Source: the human T2T-CHM13v2.0 reference genome, Homo sapiens
Assembly (NCBI RefSeq): GCF_009914755.1
Contig: NC_060937.1
DNA: 64,000 nucleotides
Reading direction: 5' to 3' (one strand)
Position numbers and translations under genes: made by a program. This document shows, one piece after another, positions 42,061 to 55,209 of the stretch. Position 1 is the first letter of the stretch. Each line of letters starts with the position of its first letter. Below the pieces are notes generated by a model. It made no database searches and was not told where the DNA came from. It saw only the letters and a program-made list of their open reading frames with translations.

Positions 42061-44077
42061 AGTAAAATGCATCTAATATTGAAACCTAAATTCAGTACAA
42101 AAGCTTTTGAAGACCTTCTGTGTGTGTGATGGTGGTGGGGGCTCTGGGTTGAGTAAGCCAACTCATCATATTATTGCCAGCCACCACGTCACTGTTAATT
42201 CTCAGACTGCAGAGGCTGAAGTATCTCACGAAGCTCTGATCTAGATAAATAAAAATGCAATTTACTTCTAGGCACATAGTAATGAAGCTGCGGAATACCA
42301 AATATGAAAAGAAAATCTTAGAATCTAATAGAAATAAAAGACTAATTTCTGAAAATAGATATACAACTTGACTAAAAAGGAAATTTCTTTGTAGAAACAG
42401 ACAAAAATTATATATCAATAATATAACGATATTGCCAATAAAAAATCCTATTACCTGCTATTCTTTAAGATTAATTGTGAAATAAAGGGATTTTTATAGT
42501 TTTTAAAAGTTTGTGAAAAAATCATTTTAAATTTTTATCCAAAAGGAATTAAATCCATAAAGAAAACATTAAAATGCAAAGATCAATGTTTTCATATTAT
42601 TTTTATTTGAAAATATGTTTCATCATTTTTTGGAACATTTTATATTTAAAAATATATCTAAACATGACAGTTTAGCTCAGTATTAAAAGTAATATATTTT
42701 GAATTCATATCATTAAGCAATTGAGAAATACTTAACATGAGCTAGTTGTAAGTCTTAAGTAAGAAAAATAGAATTTTATTTTATTCATACCATGTATCTT
42801 TCTACTTCCAGAGAAAGATCTTTAAAAAAAAGGAAATATTGATTCATACCATCTGCTCTAATGTCAGTCACACCAAGAATTTTCAGCATTCTAATCTTTA
42901 CTAACTTTTAGGAAAGAAGGCATTGTTTTTTTTTTGTCTTTACTGAATAGATGGCAAAAATAGTGCCCTTTAAACATTTATTTTATTCTATTTGGTAAAA
43001 TAATAGAAAAAGAAATAACATACTTTAAAACACAGTCTTCTTTTTCATTAAGTGTGAAAATACTTTTTATGAATGTAACATTAAAGAATCACAGCACGGC
43101 TCATAACTAAGTCATTAAAGGGAGAAAACAGTGAAATATCAAGAGTGATAAAGTCTGTCTGAGGTACACTCATGTTTTAATATTATGTTTTTATTATTAA
43201 GGTATTTCATTTTATGCTCTTTTTTATTCATGATATTATGTGGAAAACAAATGAACTAAAATGTGGTATTATATCAGTGAGATTTTTTTTCAACAATACA
43301 GCATTTAATGATCAATCTACATTCCATAGTTGTAGGCCCCTACATCTTCAATAAAGTGTACTGGCAACACTCCATTGCAACAGTACTGCATGTGAAATTA
43401 GTTCACACTAGATGGCAATATTTCCTAATCAGGAGCCCCAAGTTTTGCTTCTATAAAGTAGTCTTTTTTATATATCATCAGCTAAATGTTTCTCCTTCTT
43501 CTTCCCTTTTTTTAAAAATCCTTCCCAATATCCATTTTTCACTGCTGGTTTGCTAATATCCTACTGTTCAGTATTTTGGTGACCAAAATCTATCTATATT
43601 GATTCCCTTGCTGTATGCTTTGTTCCTTCATGTTGAGTCTCTTTTGTCCTCAAAGAAAGAAATTGTGAAGGCTGCAGAAAGAAATATGCCAGGATATTAG
43701 AAAAGAAGCCCATACAATAGGGATAATGGGTGGATGAAATAGAAATAGTGTTGAGACATTGACTCAGCTATTGAGAAGTCGGCTGTGCAATGTATAATAA
43801 GAAAGGGACAAGGTGCATTGTGGTTCAGTTCCATTGCCTATTTTTAAAAAATGTTTTAAATACTTGAATTGATTTAGTTTTCTATGTTGAGTCAAAAGTT
43901 TTTTATTTCATCCTTTATGCTTTATCTGCTGTCTTAAACATAGTAACATTGCAATACTATATATCCTGAGCCTTTTGAATATTAAACAGATCAGTCAAAT
44001 TTGACCTCTGATGCAACTGGTCTTGTTTTTGTTTGTTTGTTTTTACATTTGGTCTTCAGCTCCCTCTCGGGAAAATG

Positions 44078-44724
44078 GTTATAAATTCTAGGCCTGTCCT
44101 GACAGGCTCCACAGGATGTGTTTGTGGGTGTTTACAGTGTGCCTTTCATGGGACATTTCTTTATCCTGATGCATGGCCTAATACCTAGGTATCCAACCCA
44201 TGACAAAGATTCCCTTTATATTGGCAGACACCCTTGGGGCTTTTGTCTGACCTATATCCAATGTATTCATACCAAGGTAGCTACCTTCCAGGAGAACCCT
44301 GACTGGGAGGAGAGTCAGGTTTAAGTACATCAGTCAGGTGAATCACAATGAGGAGACAGCACAGTAAACGACATGAAATCACAGAAGCATTTTGTTACTC
44401 ATTGATCTATGAGAGAAGCAGGGTGGCCACTTGGGCAGGTGGAAAAATCCAGCAACAGCGGGGTACTCAACCAGTGGGTGGGTGGGGGGTGAGGGCCGAG
44501 ACTCTGATGTTGACCATTGGGTTGAATCCTGCTCAGCAGCTGCAGGATGTGCTGGGTTTAGGGTCAGTGTGTTTAGAAATAAGCATGGCATCTATCAAAC
44601 AGCTACAAAAGGAGGGGGAAGTTTTAACTAGACCAAAGGTGATGAGGTATGATTAGCTTTCAAATAACTTTTCAGGCCTAAAAAGGGATGTCAAGGCAGT
44701 GGCCATATCAAACAAAATTATAAC
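44078..44724 (-). mobile_element. ERVL LTR (LTR32/LTR47-like) with possible adjacent internal sequence
   Basis: Reverse complement begins tgttataattttgtttgatatggccactgcc...ctagttaaaacttcccc; GC-richer block. Confidence 0.55.
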
Positions 44725-45008
44725 ACAACTATGATATATTTATCAATCATAAATGGCATTTATCAATAAATAGAATTATTTTTTATCTCATTTAAAATAC
44801 CTATGCCAGGAGGATGGCTCAGTACTGATAATATCTGCCATATAAAAGTAAGTCCTGTTTCTTTTTTTTGTTTATTTATAGCTTATATTTAGTAAGTCAT
44901 TGTCAGACAGAAATGTCATAGTAGCAGAAATACTGACAGAGGGGTATAGATATCAGAGATAATGCAGTTATGGTAGACAGGAATTCATGTGTTTAAAATA
45001 GGACTAAA

Positions 45009-45311
<303 letters not shown>

Positions 45312-45589
45312 AAAATAGGACTAAATTGAGGATGTGGGGGTATACATGTACTCCATTTCTGTAAGCAAATATCATTAACTTACTGCATAAGATTGATAAA
45401 ACACTATGTATTCTAACTGCTTTATTACATTTAATCCTCATAGCAATCCTATTCCACTAATCCATATGTTGGGGAAGCTGGTCAGTTAAAAGGGCCTTGG
45501 TCAAATTGCTCTAAAGTCAAAGAAAATTTCTTGTTCAATTGACTGAAATGATGATACAAAAACAAACTAAAGGACCAGGCACCTCTTGC

Positions 45590-45870
45590 CCATGATCCCT
45601 GTGCCTTGGGAGGCTGCAGCAGGAAGATCGCTTGAGGCCAGGAGTTCAGGACCAATCTGGGCAACATAGAGAGGCCCTGTCCCTACAAAAAATACAAAAA
45701 TTAGCCTGTTGCCATGGCACATGCATGCAGTCCCAGCTACTCAGGAGGCTGAGGAGGGAGGATCGCTTGAGCCCAGGAGTTTGAGGTTGCAGCCAGCTAT
45801 GATTTTACCACTGCTCCCCAGCCTAAGCTACAGAGCAAGACTGTCTCTAAATTAAAAACAAAAACAAAAA
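45590..45870 (+). mobile_element. AluJ (5'-degenerate)
   Basis: ggaggatcgcttgagcccaggagtttgaggttgcag. Confidence 0.88.
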
Positions 45871-46451
45871 ATTCTACTACGACATACATTTTATGGATAA
45901 ATGTTACACCGCCATTAAAACAATTATAATACAATAAGTGCATTTTGGAAAAAAAAGAAAAAAAGAAAGGGGCATGATTATATTATACTAGTGGTAGAGT
46001 ATTCCCTACAAATAAGGATTAAAAATTGTATCTTCTTTACTTGGTAGTGGAATAATCTATTTAATTTGCCAGTCATCCTGTCCCAGCTCAGCTCTCAAGA
46101 GGAACTCCCTGGTCCATGGTTCTTCAAGGAAATGGAGAGAAGAATTGGACATAATGTCTCATTTTGAGGGCTGTACGAATTTAGCAACTTTTTTTTTTTT
46201 CTAGTACTGGTTTGAGAGCTGAGGGATTGACTCAGGAGTTGACATTACAGCTCTTTGTTTGGTTATTTGTTTTGAGATTTTTCTGAAAACAAATCTACAT
46301 TGGATTTATTTTTATAAACAAACTGAATCCAGATAAATTATTGCATAATGACTCTTGGCTAGAGCAAATACAGAATATAATAGATTAATCTAAAAAGCGT
46401 TCCCATTCTTTTTTGTTGTTGCTGTTAACTCTCTTTTAGTCACAGTGATAT

Positions 46452-46453
<2 letters not shown>

Positions 46454-46484
<31 letters not shown>

Positions 46485-46763
46485 GGATGGAGTCTCGCTC
46501 TGTCACCCACGCTGGAGTGCAGTGGCATGATCTCGGCTCACTGCAAGCTCCGCCTCCCGGGTTGACACCATTCTCCTGTCTCAGCCTCCGAGTAGCTGGG
46601 ACTACGGGCGCCTGCCACCACGCCCGGCTAATTTTTTGTATTTTTAGTAGAGACGGGGTTTCACCATGTTAGCCAGGATGGTCTCGATCTCCTGACCTCG
46701 TGATCTGCCCACCTCGGCCTCCCAAAGTGCTGGGATTACAGGCGTGAGCCACCACGCCCAGCC
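46454..46763 (-). mobile_element. AluY with long pure T tail
   Basis: gcaagctccgcctcccgg and gatctcctgacctcgtgatc; TSD acagtgat(a/c)ttctt. Confidence 0.95.
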
Positions 46764-47186
46764 ACAGTGATCTTCTTATCTGATAGGTGTGAGTTGAGAG
46801 AAGGGCAGGAATAAACAGATTTTAGCATTCTATAATGTGACCCAACTGCTCACACAACTGACTTTTTCCTTCAGCAGCTGCTCTATCCTTGCTTCCAAAT
46901 TCCCACTTCCCATCTGTGATGTATTGCTTTGGATGTACGATAATAACTGCTCTAATGATCCGATAATCTTATTAAAGTTTTGCCTAATCAATTATTGTCC
47001 CTTTACAATGTTTAAATTTTCTTTTTGATCTCAGTAACAAGAATTTATTTTAAAAGACATGATGCTAAGAATGAGGCTTGCTATATCTTCCATAAAACAA
47101 CCCATTCTGCCACAGATATTCCCAACACCTCTTAAGAGTTGTTTGCTTCAGGTGTTGAATCAGCTGGAGCTTATTTGATGTTAGCA

Positions 47187-47340
47187 ATAGTCTCAGCCTA
47201 TAATATTGGCTAGATTTATTTTTTTACTTCTTTAAATCTAATGATAACTAGAAGATCAATTCCTAATTCCCCAGTTTTCTAGATGACCTGTTCATTTCAG
47301 CATCTATGTCGGTTAAGGTTCTTACTCACTAGCAAGGATA
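47187..47340 (+). repeat. Local dispersed duplication B, copy 1 (copy 2 at 48999-49151)
   Basis: Colinear similarity read directly. Confidence 0.9.
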
Positions 47341-48299
47341 GTAGACTTTTGGATCATTTGGTGAGTGAATAGGAGAAGAAAACTTAAATGAATATTATCC
47401 CACCTTCAAATCCAAAAAGGCCAAGAGCAAAGGGGGGTTGTCAGTGAAAGGTATTCCCTAGCTCCACAAATTTGCTACATTCTAGTTCTTAGGTCCCAAT
47501 TCTTTACTGATCAATTAATTTTCATATTCAAGAGCTGGTAAATTCAACAACTATTGTAAATCATCATATATGCTGGATATTGAACTATTGTCTCACAGTT
47601 CCACATTCACTTTATTTTTTTTGAAAGTATTTTATTTTGTTCTTGTCTATACTGAATATTTTTACAAGTCCGATTTTCTAAAATTTTACAGACATAAAAT
47701 TACTTTTCAATAAACACAATTTAGAAGTAACATAGGATTAGAAAAAAATTACAAAAACTGCCTATTATTCACTGAAAGTGTATATGTAGGTGATTAATAT
47801 GCAGAATCACTATTACACTCCCAACTTTTTGTCATTCCATTCTGATAACAGCTAAACAAAAAGCTTGGAGTAAAATAGTAATTTCCTACATTAAACGCTA
47901 TACAAACACTGTCAACAGTGCATTTTATCATTGTTTGAATCATAGCTCAATTTGTGAATAGCAGGTTGCTGTTTGCTTGTTTTGATTTGTAATTCTTTGA
48001 CAGTGATAGGAGCATTTTTGATATACTTATTGACTCACTTTTTTCTTTCTTTCCCACCTTTTTATAGTCTGTTTTATAATACTAGAAGCTTCTTGTTCCA
48101 ACAGTTTTCACAATAGTATTTTTCATCCATAGGGAATGTGAGTGAGAGGCTATGAAAGAAAAAATAGTAATTGAAGCAGCTTGTCCTTCCTTTCTCCTGT
48201 GAATCATCTTGATGGTTTTTCACCAAGCAACTGCATTTTCTTCAAATTTCTAGCTGTTTTTTAACCCTCCCCAAATCAACCTCATTGTCCCCCATCAAA

Positions 48300-48670
48300 G
48301 ATAATAGACCCAGCTAAACTTTATACATGTCTGAATCTTAGCTTCAAGGGAATTGTCTTCTGACCTTCTGAGATACCAGCACTAATAAGGCACCAGCAAT
48401 CCCTCAGAAGTTAGAGTGGATCTTTTGCAGGGGTTCCTCTTGCAAGCTTCCAGGTTTTAGCAATCACATCTTCCTTCTGTTCTTCCAGACCTAGTGGTGG
48501 TGGTTCCTTCCTGCACTTAGTTCTTTGTCAAATCAGGATCTCCTCAGCCTTCCAAGACCACAGAATTTCCAATACCTTTTTATTTATTCCTTATAATAAG
48601 TGTTTGCTAATAAAATAGCTGAAGTGTTTTGTCCTAATTTGCTTTTCTCTGACTGGACCCAGGGATACAG
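48300..48670 (+). mobile_element. ERVL LTR (LTR33/LTR16-like) remnant
   Basis: cagacctagtggtggtggttccttcctgc...tttctctgactggacccagggataca. Confidence 0.5.
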
Positions 48671-50061
48671 CAACCTTAATCACATTTTGAGGGTTTTTTA
48701 GTTTAGATTGGTTTTAGTTTTTAACCAGTTATCTCTGCCAAATAACTACAAGAGGCTCAAATTATTTTAGTACACACATAAAATCCTGAAATTCAGCCCA
48801 TGCCTTGAGTTGTATAGCTAGGAATTGGAGTCTATCTCTTTTCATAAGTTAACTGGTTCCATTAGAAGCAATTACCTTTCCGGGTGCCTTTCATACTTTT
48901 TTATGCCAGTAACAACTCAATTCTCCAAAATCTTTACTTTATGACTACTCACAGTTAAATTTTAATTTCACATTTGTCAGTGCACACAATGGGCTACCAT
49001 AGTCCCAGCTTATAATATTGGCTAGAGTTCTTTCTTTTCTTCCTTTAATCTTATGCAAACTAGAAGATCAATTCCTGATTCCCCAATTTTCTAGATGATC
49101 TGTTCATTTCTGCAACTATGTTGGTTAAGGTTCTTACTCTTAGCAGTGATAATAAGTTCAGATTGATTTTTTTAAAGGAAACGAATTAATTAAAATAACA
49201 TTGCCGCACACAACATCCACGTAGAGTGTACAAATATATTCAAAATATGGGAATGAAAAATGAGATCAAGAGGCTGAACCAAAATTTCAATCACGCAACA
49301 GAAACAAACCAGTGAGTTGTGGCTACTGATAGCTGGAGGTTGCAGGCTACAGGGCCAGTATTCCAGCAATGATTCCATGGCTGGTATTATTTCTATTACT
49401 TCCCTTGAATGCAGGTTTACTACTAGAAAACATTCTCCCTGATTCCTTCTGTCACTATCACCAAATTTAAAAGTTTAGCTGCTTGTATCAGATTGCTCAA
49501 GGGAATGCCATCAGCCCATGCCTTAGTTTGCAGAGGAGCAGGTATTTTCAGGCTTAACAGTAGGAGGTTTAGTCACCTGCCAAAATTTAAAATATGCAGA
49601 TTCACCAGTTCTAATAAGAAGGTTAAGCTGTTAAGCAACCGAATAATGAAGACTCACACTCACCTTCAGTGGATTTACTCCCACTGACTTCCAAAATGAA
49701 GTTCCTTCTCCCAGAACTCCATTGAACTATTAAAATGCCCTCTTGTGGTAATACTTGTTGTAACAATTCTCTCAATTGTCTAAGAAAACATCAAGTCCTC
49801 AGTTGTAATAGTTTTTGAACATGAAATGTAGAACTTCTGGAAATGATCCTGTTAGTTTTGTTTTGATCTCTGGGAATACTCTTCTTACCTGATTTGTTCA
49901 GGTTATTTTCATGATGCTGTGAGTCTCTTTTAATCCTACCTGTAAACGGAGACACTTAAAGTTGTAATGTTGTGGTTATATTCAGGGAATCTGGGGGCAC
50001 ACTGCAGTACTTTGATCTCCATTTTCATAATTTACTAAATGTTCATAATTTGCCAATTTTC

Positions 50062-50368
50062 TCTTTTGTTTTCCTTTTTTTAAAGACAGGGTCTTACTCT
50101 GTCACCCAGGCTGGAGTGCATTGGCGTGATCACTGCTCATTGCATACTCAAACTCCTGGGCTCAGAGGATCCTCCCACCTCAGCCCCTGTAGTAGCTGAA
50201 ACTGCAGGCACTCCCCACCACAACAGGCTCATTTTTTAAATTATTTTTTGTAGAGACAGGTCTCCCTATGGGTTCAAGGCTGGTTTTGAATTCCTGGCCT
50301 TAAGCAATCCTCCCACCTCAGCCTCCCAAAGTGTTAGGATTACAGGTGTGAGCCATCATGTTCATTAG
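50062..50368 (-). mobile_element. AluJ
   Basis: agacagggtcttactctgtcacccaggctggagtgc...cctgggctcagaggatcctccc. Confidence 0.9.
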
Positions 50369-50719
50369 TCAATTTTCTTAATATTTTCTCACTTAAAAAT
50401 TGGCATCTTCATTGTGCCTCTGTTATATAGCTATTGTAAGAAATATATTATTTTATATATTTTCCTAATCTTAACCTGGAACAGACAGAATGTTTAGTGA
50501 ATGTCGTTATTATTATTAACAATATTATGTCACTTTACAATTTTTGGTATTCTCTAAAATTTTGAAAACAGTGTTCCTCCCTCCCACAGCAGGACCCCTC
50601 CACATCTCATTACTATGTAAATTAACTATACTCACATATGATTCAGTGTGCTTTTTCCCTGGAAAGATCCAGTCCTCCTTTTCTTGTCTTAAGTTTTACT
50701 TTAAAAATTAGTTCAATAT

Positions 50720-51260
50720 GATATTTACTTTACACCAGTTACATGGCAGACATGGTGAAATAATAACACTGAAATAATGAAAATAAAAGTTCTCCCCTCA
50801 AATACTTTACATGCCAGTGGGAGAGCCAGGATAAAATATCACTGATTCCTATGTAAGAGAGTACACATAACATGGCGGCTCTTCAGCGCGCTGTAGAGCA
50901 CGGAAGAGGAGCACTTAGATCACCCAGATATTCTTAGAAAGCACCAAGAACAGCCATGAGCAGAGACTTGAAGAAAGAGAACTATAAAGGTTAAAGAAAA
51001 ATGTGGAGCTGGCATTTCTGCCAAAGGAAACTCCATGAATAAAAGAATAGAACTGTGAAATGATATATTGCCTGAGGCATTTTCAAGAAGTTTGTGGTAT
51101 AAAATAGCCAGAAATGAAGCAGTATCCATAAAAAGGGGAAAATTCATGGAAGGGCTTATGCACCATGCTTATGAATTTTGGTTTACTCTTTTACGTGATA
51201 GGGAGCAAGTGAAAAATTTAGGTAGGGAGGTGAGTGGCACAGTCAAATTTGGAGTCTAAA
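50720..51260 (-). mobile_element. L2 remnants
   Basis: Degenerate L2 antisense motifs; boundaries approximate. Confidence 0.4.
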
Positions 51261-51582
51261 ATAGGTATCCATACCAAAAATACTTGCATGAATAAGCTGG
51301 TTCAGTCACTTATTTACTGAGTGATATTGAGAAGTTTGCTTAAATTCCCTGAATTTCAGATTCCTCATTAAGAGGCTTAAATGAGATATATAATTTCAAC
51401 AGAGTTTAATTTTCTCAATTAAAGCAACAATTCATTAATTATAAGGTCCCATCGAGTTTTAGATTTGTACCGCAGCAGCACTTCTTGGTCGAAGGACATG
51501 TAGAATCAACACATGCATGTGATAATTGCACAATATAATCAGAATTCAGAAAAGTGCAAATGGCAGCTGCACGTTGTTGTGT

Positions 51583-51708
51583 CAGATGATCAAAGAGGAT
51601 GTTCTTGGATTGAAATTTCACTATGTGATGATAAACATTGTTATAAGTGTCCTAACAGATGATCAAAGAGGATGTTTTTGGATTGAAATTAGACTATATG
51701 ATGATAAA
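51583..51708. repeat. 53-bp near-tandem duplication (73-bp period)
   Basis: cagatgatcaaagaggatgttYttggattgaaatt..actatRtgatgataaa occurs twice. Confidence 0.92.
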
Positions 51709-54524
51709 GCCTGTTTAGGACGGGCCAATGAAGAATTCTTTGCAGAAGTTGTGGAAAGAAGGGGTCAATCATACCTTGTTTAGAGGAAAAAAATGAGAGC
51801 AGTTTAAAAGAACAACAAGGATAACACTGTGATCAGAGTTTGGAATACAAAGAATATTCAGACAAGACTCATGTGAGAGCTACTAAACAAATATTTCCAT
51901 ATTAACAAATAAAAATACAAGCAGTATATTAAAAAGGACTGCAAGGCTTAAGAAAATAATCACTAACCATAAGGGTGCATTTATTTTAAGAGGAAGAGAA
52001 CAAATGCTGGACAAGAGGATGAAGAAAGAAAATCACTTTTTCCCCCATGTGTAATATATTAATTAATTCATTCAACATGCTCATAATATTTCACACTGGA
52101 ATTACAGTGGTCCACAATCAGACATGTAATTTTTCTCCTGGAGTGCAAAATTTGTTGAAGAATAATGATAAATTAACCACATAAACACATTTAGGCAGAG
52201 AAAAATCAAACCAGAAATTGTACTATGTGACTCAGAAAGTGAGACCAAAAAAACAAACAAACAAAAAAAGAAGAAATAATTTTTTTATAACCCAGAATTT
52301 CCCTGGATGGACACAGAGGTCTTTAATTTCAAATAATATAAAGAAGGGCCAACAGGATGAGTGTAAACAATACATTACTGAGAATTTTATTTCAGAACTT
52401 TAAGGAGGAAAATAATAGTTCTGAAAGGCTTTCAGTTTGAAAAACAGATCATCCACACCAGGACAACAATTAAGTTAGGGTCAGATATACCTCTGAATTT
52501 CCAGACCAAGTGCAAATGCCTTTAAAATTTAGTGACAACTTTTGGAGAACACTGTAGCAGCTTTTACTTTCATAAACTAACAGATAATTCAGTCTACACA
52601 TACTATGCCCATGATTGAGACAAAGATATTTTTAAAAAATGAAAACCTTGAAATCATTCTCCCCAAAAAGTAATGTGTTTCTTCAGCATCCTATAGTGAC
52701 CCCAACCCTCCTAAAACTTAAGGAAATGGACTTTGTTCAATTCATTGTTTACTATTGCTCAAAGATTTAATCAACTGTTATGTCAAGTTGTGGATTTTTG
52801 TCCGATAGAGATGTAAATAACTTCTGTCTGGTAACAAAAACAAAGGTTACTGTTTGTGAACTTATAGGTCATTGACAGTTTTATGTCAAACTCAGCAAAC
52901 TCAGCAATTGCTTATGAAAACACAAAATGCTCTTTGGACCTATCTTAAATATCTTACTATTACCCTTATTTATTGATATGTTGAATAACTTATTGAAAAT
53001 ACAATTTTTAATATTTTAAAATTAAAATACAAATTTTAATATTTGTAGGAGAGCTACAATTTTGCATTTTTGAAAATTAGGTTTAAAATTCCACATATAG
53101 CCTCCTTCCCATACATACATTTCCAAAAATGTCCCTGACAATGTGCATACCACTCATCCCTTCCTCAAAGTTTCATCTTGTCACTGGATACATCTTCTGA
53201 TAAAATGTGGTCTTTTCAAGTACTCATAGGATGGGTCTCCATGTTGTTTGGAGAATAAATGAAGGATTAAAACAGTAAAACAGTACTAAACTCATTGGAT
53301 AAAGGAAATAATTAGAAATAAAGCAAAGTGGTCATTGTTTCATAGCTCATATCTCACTCAAAAGAACAGTATGAACATTTTGCCCTAAAAGTAGAATGAG
53401 TCCTAGATATTTTTCCGGAAAGATAATTTTTGTCCATTACTCCCACCCCACTTCCCATGGCTTTTGGTTGTGGCCTCTAAGAGGAATGCCTTATTTTATG
53501 TTATCCACTAGCGCATCTGAAAAGGGAATTTGAAATAAAGCATATCTGGGTTTCTAAAGCTCTTTATCATCTCACTTCCTGCTGATTTGTGTGGATGTGT
53601 CTTCATCTGAGTGCAAAGACAGCAGGCGTGAAGGGGTGTTGTATTGCTAATCACAATCTCTTAACTGCAGACACTGATAAATAAAGCCAGATATTGTTTT
53701 GGGTCATGGTTCCTGATTCTAGGGATGAAATTAGGAGAATCTGTTTCCTAGTAACAGTTTCTGTTATATGCTCAGTTCCCTAGACCTCAGTTTAATGATG
53801 TCCACCGAGGCATCTGCCTTCAACAATTTTAGACAACGGTTTGGATGGTGAGGAATAGTTAATCTGCTCTTGTCCCTGCTATCTGCACTTACACAATAAA
53901 AGTAATTATCTCCTGTATCTGTCTGGCAGCACATAATAGGAGATTCATGGGAAGGGCCTGTGGGAATCAGGCTTCTCTCAAATCTCAATCTTATTGCCAA
54001 TTTTAGTTCTGGCTTCCTCAACTCTGCTTACACTAATAAGCTTTGTGTTAAATAATTTAGCTTTTTCATCCTTACAAGGCCCCAGGTTATTAAAATCGCA
54101 GCCATCCTGAAAGATTGACCAGGAGCAAAAATGTGACTTTTCTTTCAGATGAGCCAATTTCAACCCAAGTCTATCTTTATTATAGGATATTACTGATTCT
54201 ATTAGAAGAGAAAAAGTTAACAACCCATTCTAACATCCTGAATTTTCCATACCAAATCCCATAATGCACAATTATGTTAGATACATGGTTTATATTGCAA
54301 GGTACAACAGACAACATATTGTCCATTTGTTTGTCAATAGATAACAAGAATTACAACATTCCTATTTTGGATCATTATGATTCCCATTGTCTCAAACTAC
54401 TTTTACTAAGAATTCCAGCTTTAGAATCTGACACTTCATGATACGAAATTTCAGCATGCATCAGGATAGGTACTTACAGTTATCATAAGCCTGAAATGGG
54501 ATAATCGTAACACTTTCTACCCAT

Positions 54525-55209
54525 TGCCTTAGTGCCTTAGGGCTGCTGTAACAAAGTGCCATAAACTGGGTAGGTTATAAATAACAAAAATGTATTTCTC
54601 ACAGTTCTGGAGGCTGGAACGTCCCATAATAAGAGACCAGCAGATTTGGTGTCTGATGAGGCCAGTTTCTTCTCACAGGTGGCACCTTCTCGCTGCATCT
54701 TCCTGTGGTGGTGGAAGGGGCAAGCCTCCTCTGAGGCCTTGTTTTTTTTGAGGGGGGTGGTGGGAGGCGGTGGGCAGAATCCTGCTTTGTCACCCAGGCT
54801 TGAATGTAGTGGTACAATCACAGTTCACTGCAACCTCCACCACATGGATTCAAGGGATTTCCTTCCTCAGACTCCCAAGTAGCTAGGACTATAACGTGTG
54901 CCACCATGCCTGACTAATTGCTGTATTTTTAGAAGAGGCAGGGTTTTACCATGTTAGCCTGGCTGGCCTTGAACTCCTGACCTCAGGTGGTCCAACCACC
55001 TTGGCCTCCCAAATTGCTGGGATTACAGGCGTGAGCCATAGTGCCCAGCCTGGGCTGGGGGGCGAGGGAGTCTCTTCTAAAGGCACTAATCCTGTTCATG
55101 AGGCTCCACTCTCATAATCACTTCCCCAAAGACCCTACCTCTTAATACTTCACCTTGGGGGGTAGAGTGATAGGAATCCTGGAGACACACAAATGCTCAG
55201 ACCATAGCA
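54525..55209 (-). mobile_element. MLT1A/MST-type MaLR LTR split by an Alu
   Basis: gggctgctgtaacaaagtgccataaactgggt...tctcacagttctggaggctgg...ctcagaccatagca. Confidence 0.85.
54741..55050 (-). mobile_element. AluS with G-rich degenerate 3' end
   Basis: Alu dimer inside the LTR. Confidence 0.88.

Noticed and set aside
51583-51708. Repeat-spacer-repeat resembling a CRISPR unit
   Set aside because: Only two copies, primate genomic context, no cas genes
54750-54775. G-rich tract at the Alu end as a G-quadruplex
   Set aside because: Irregular G-runs inside a degenerate Alu end; no supporting context
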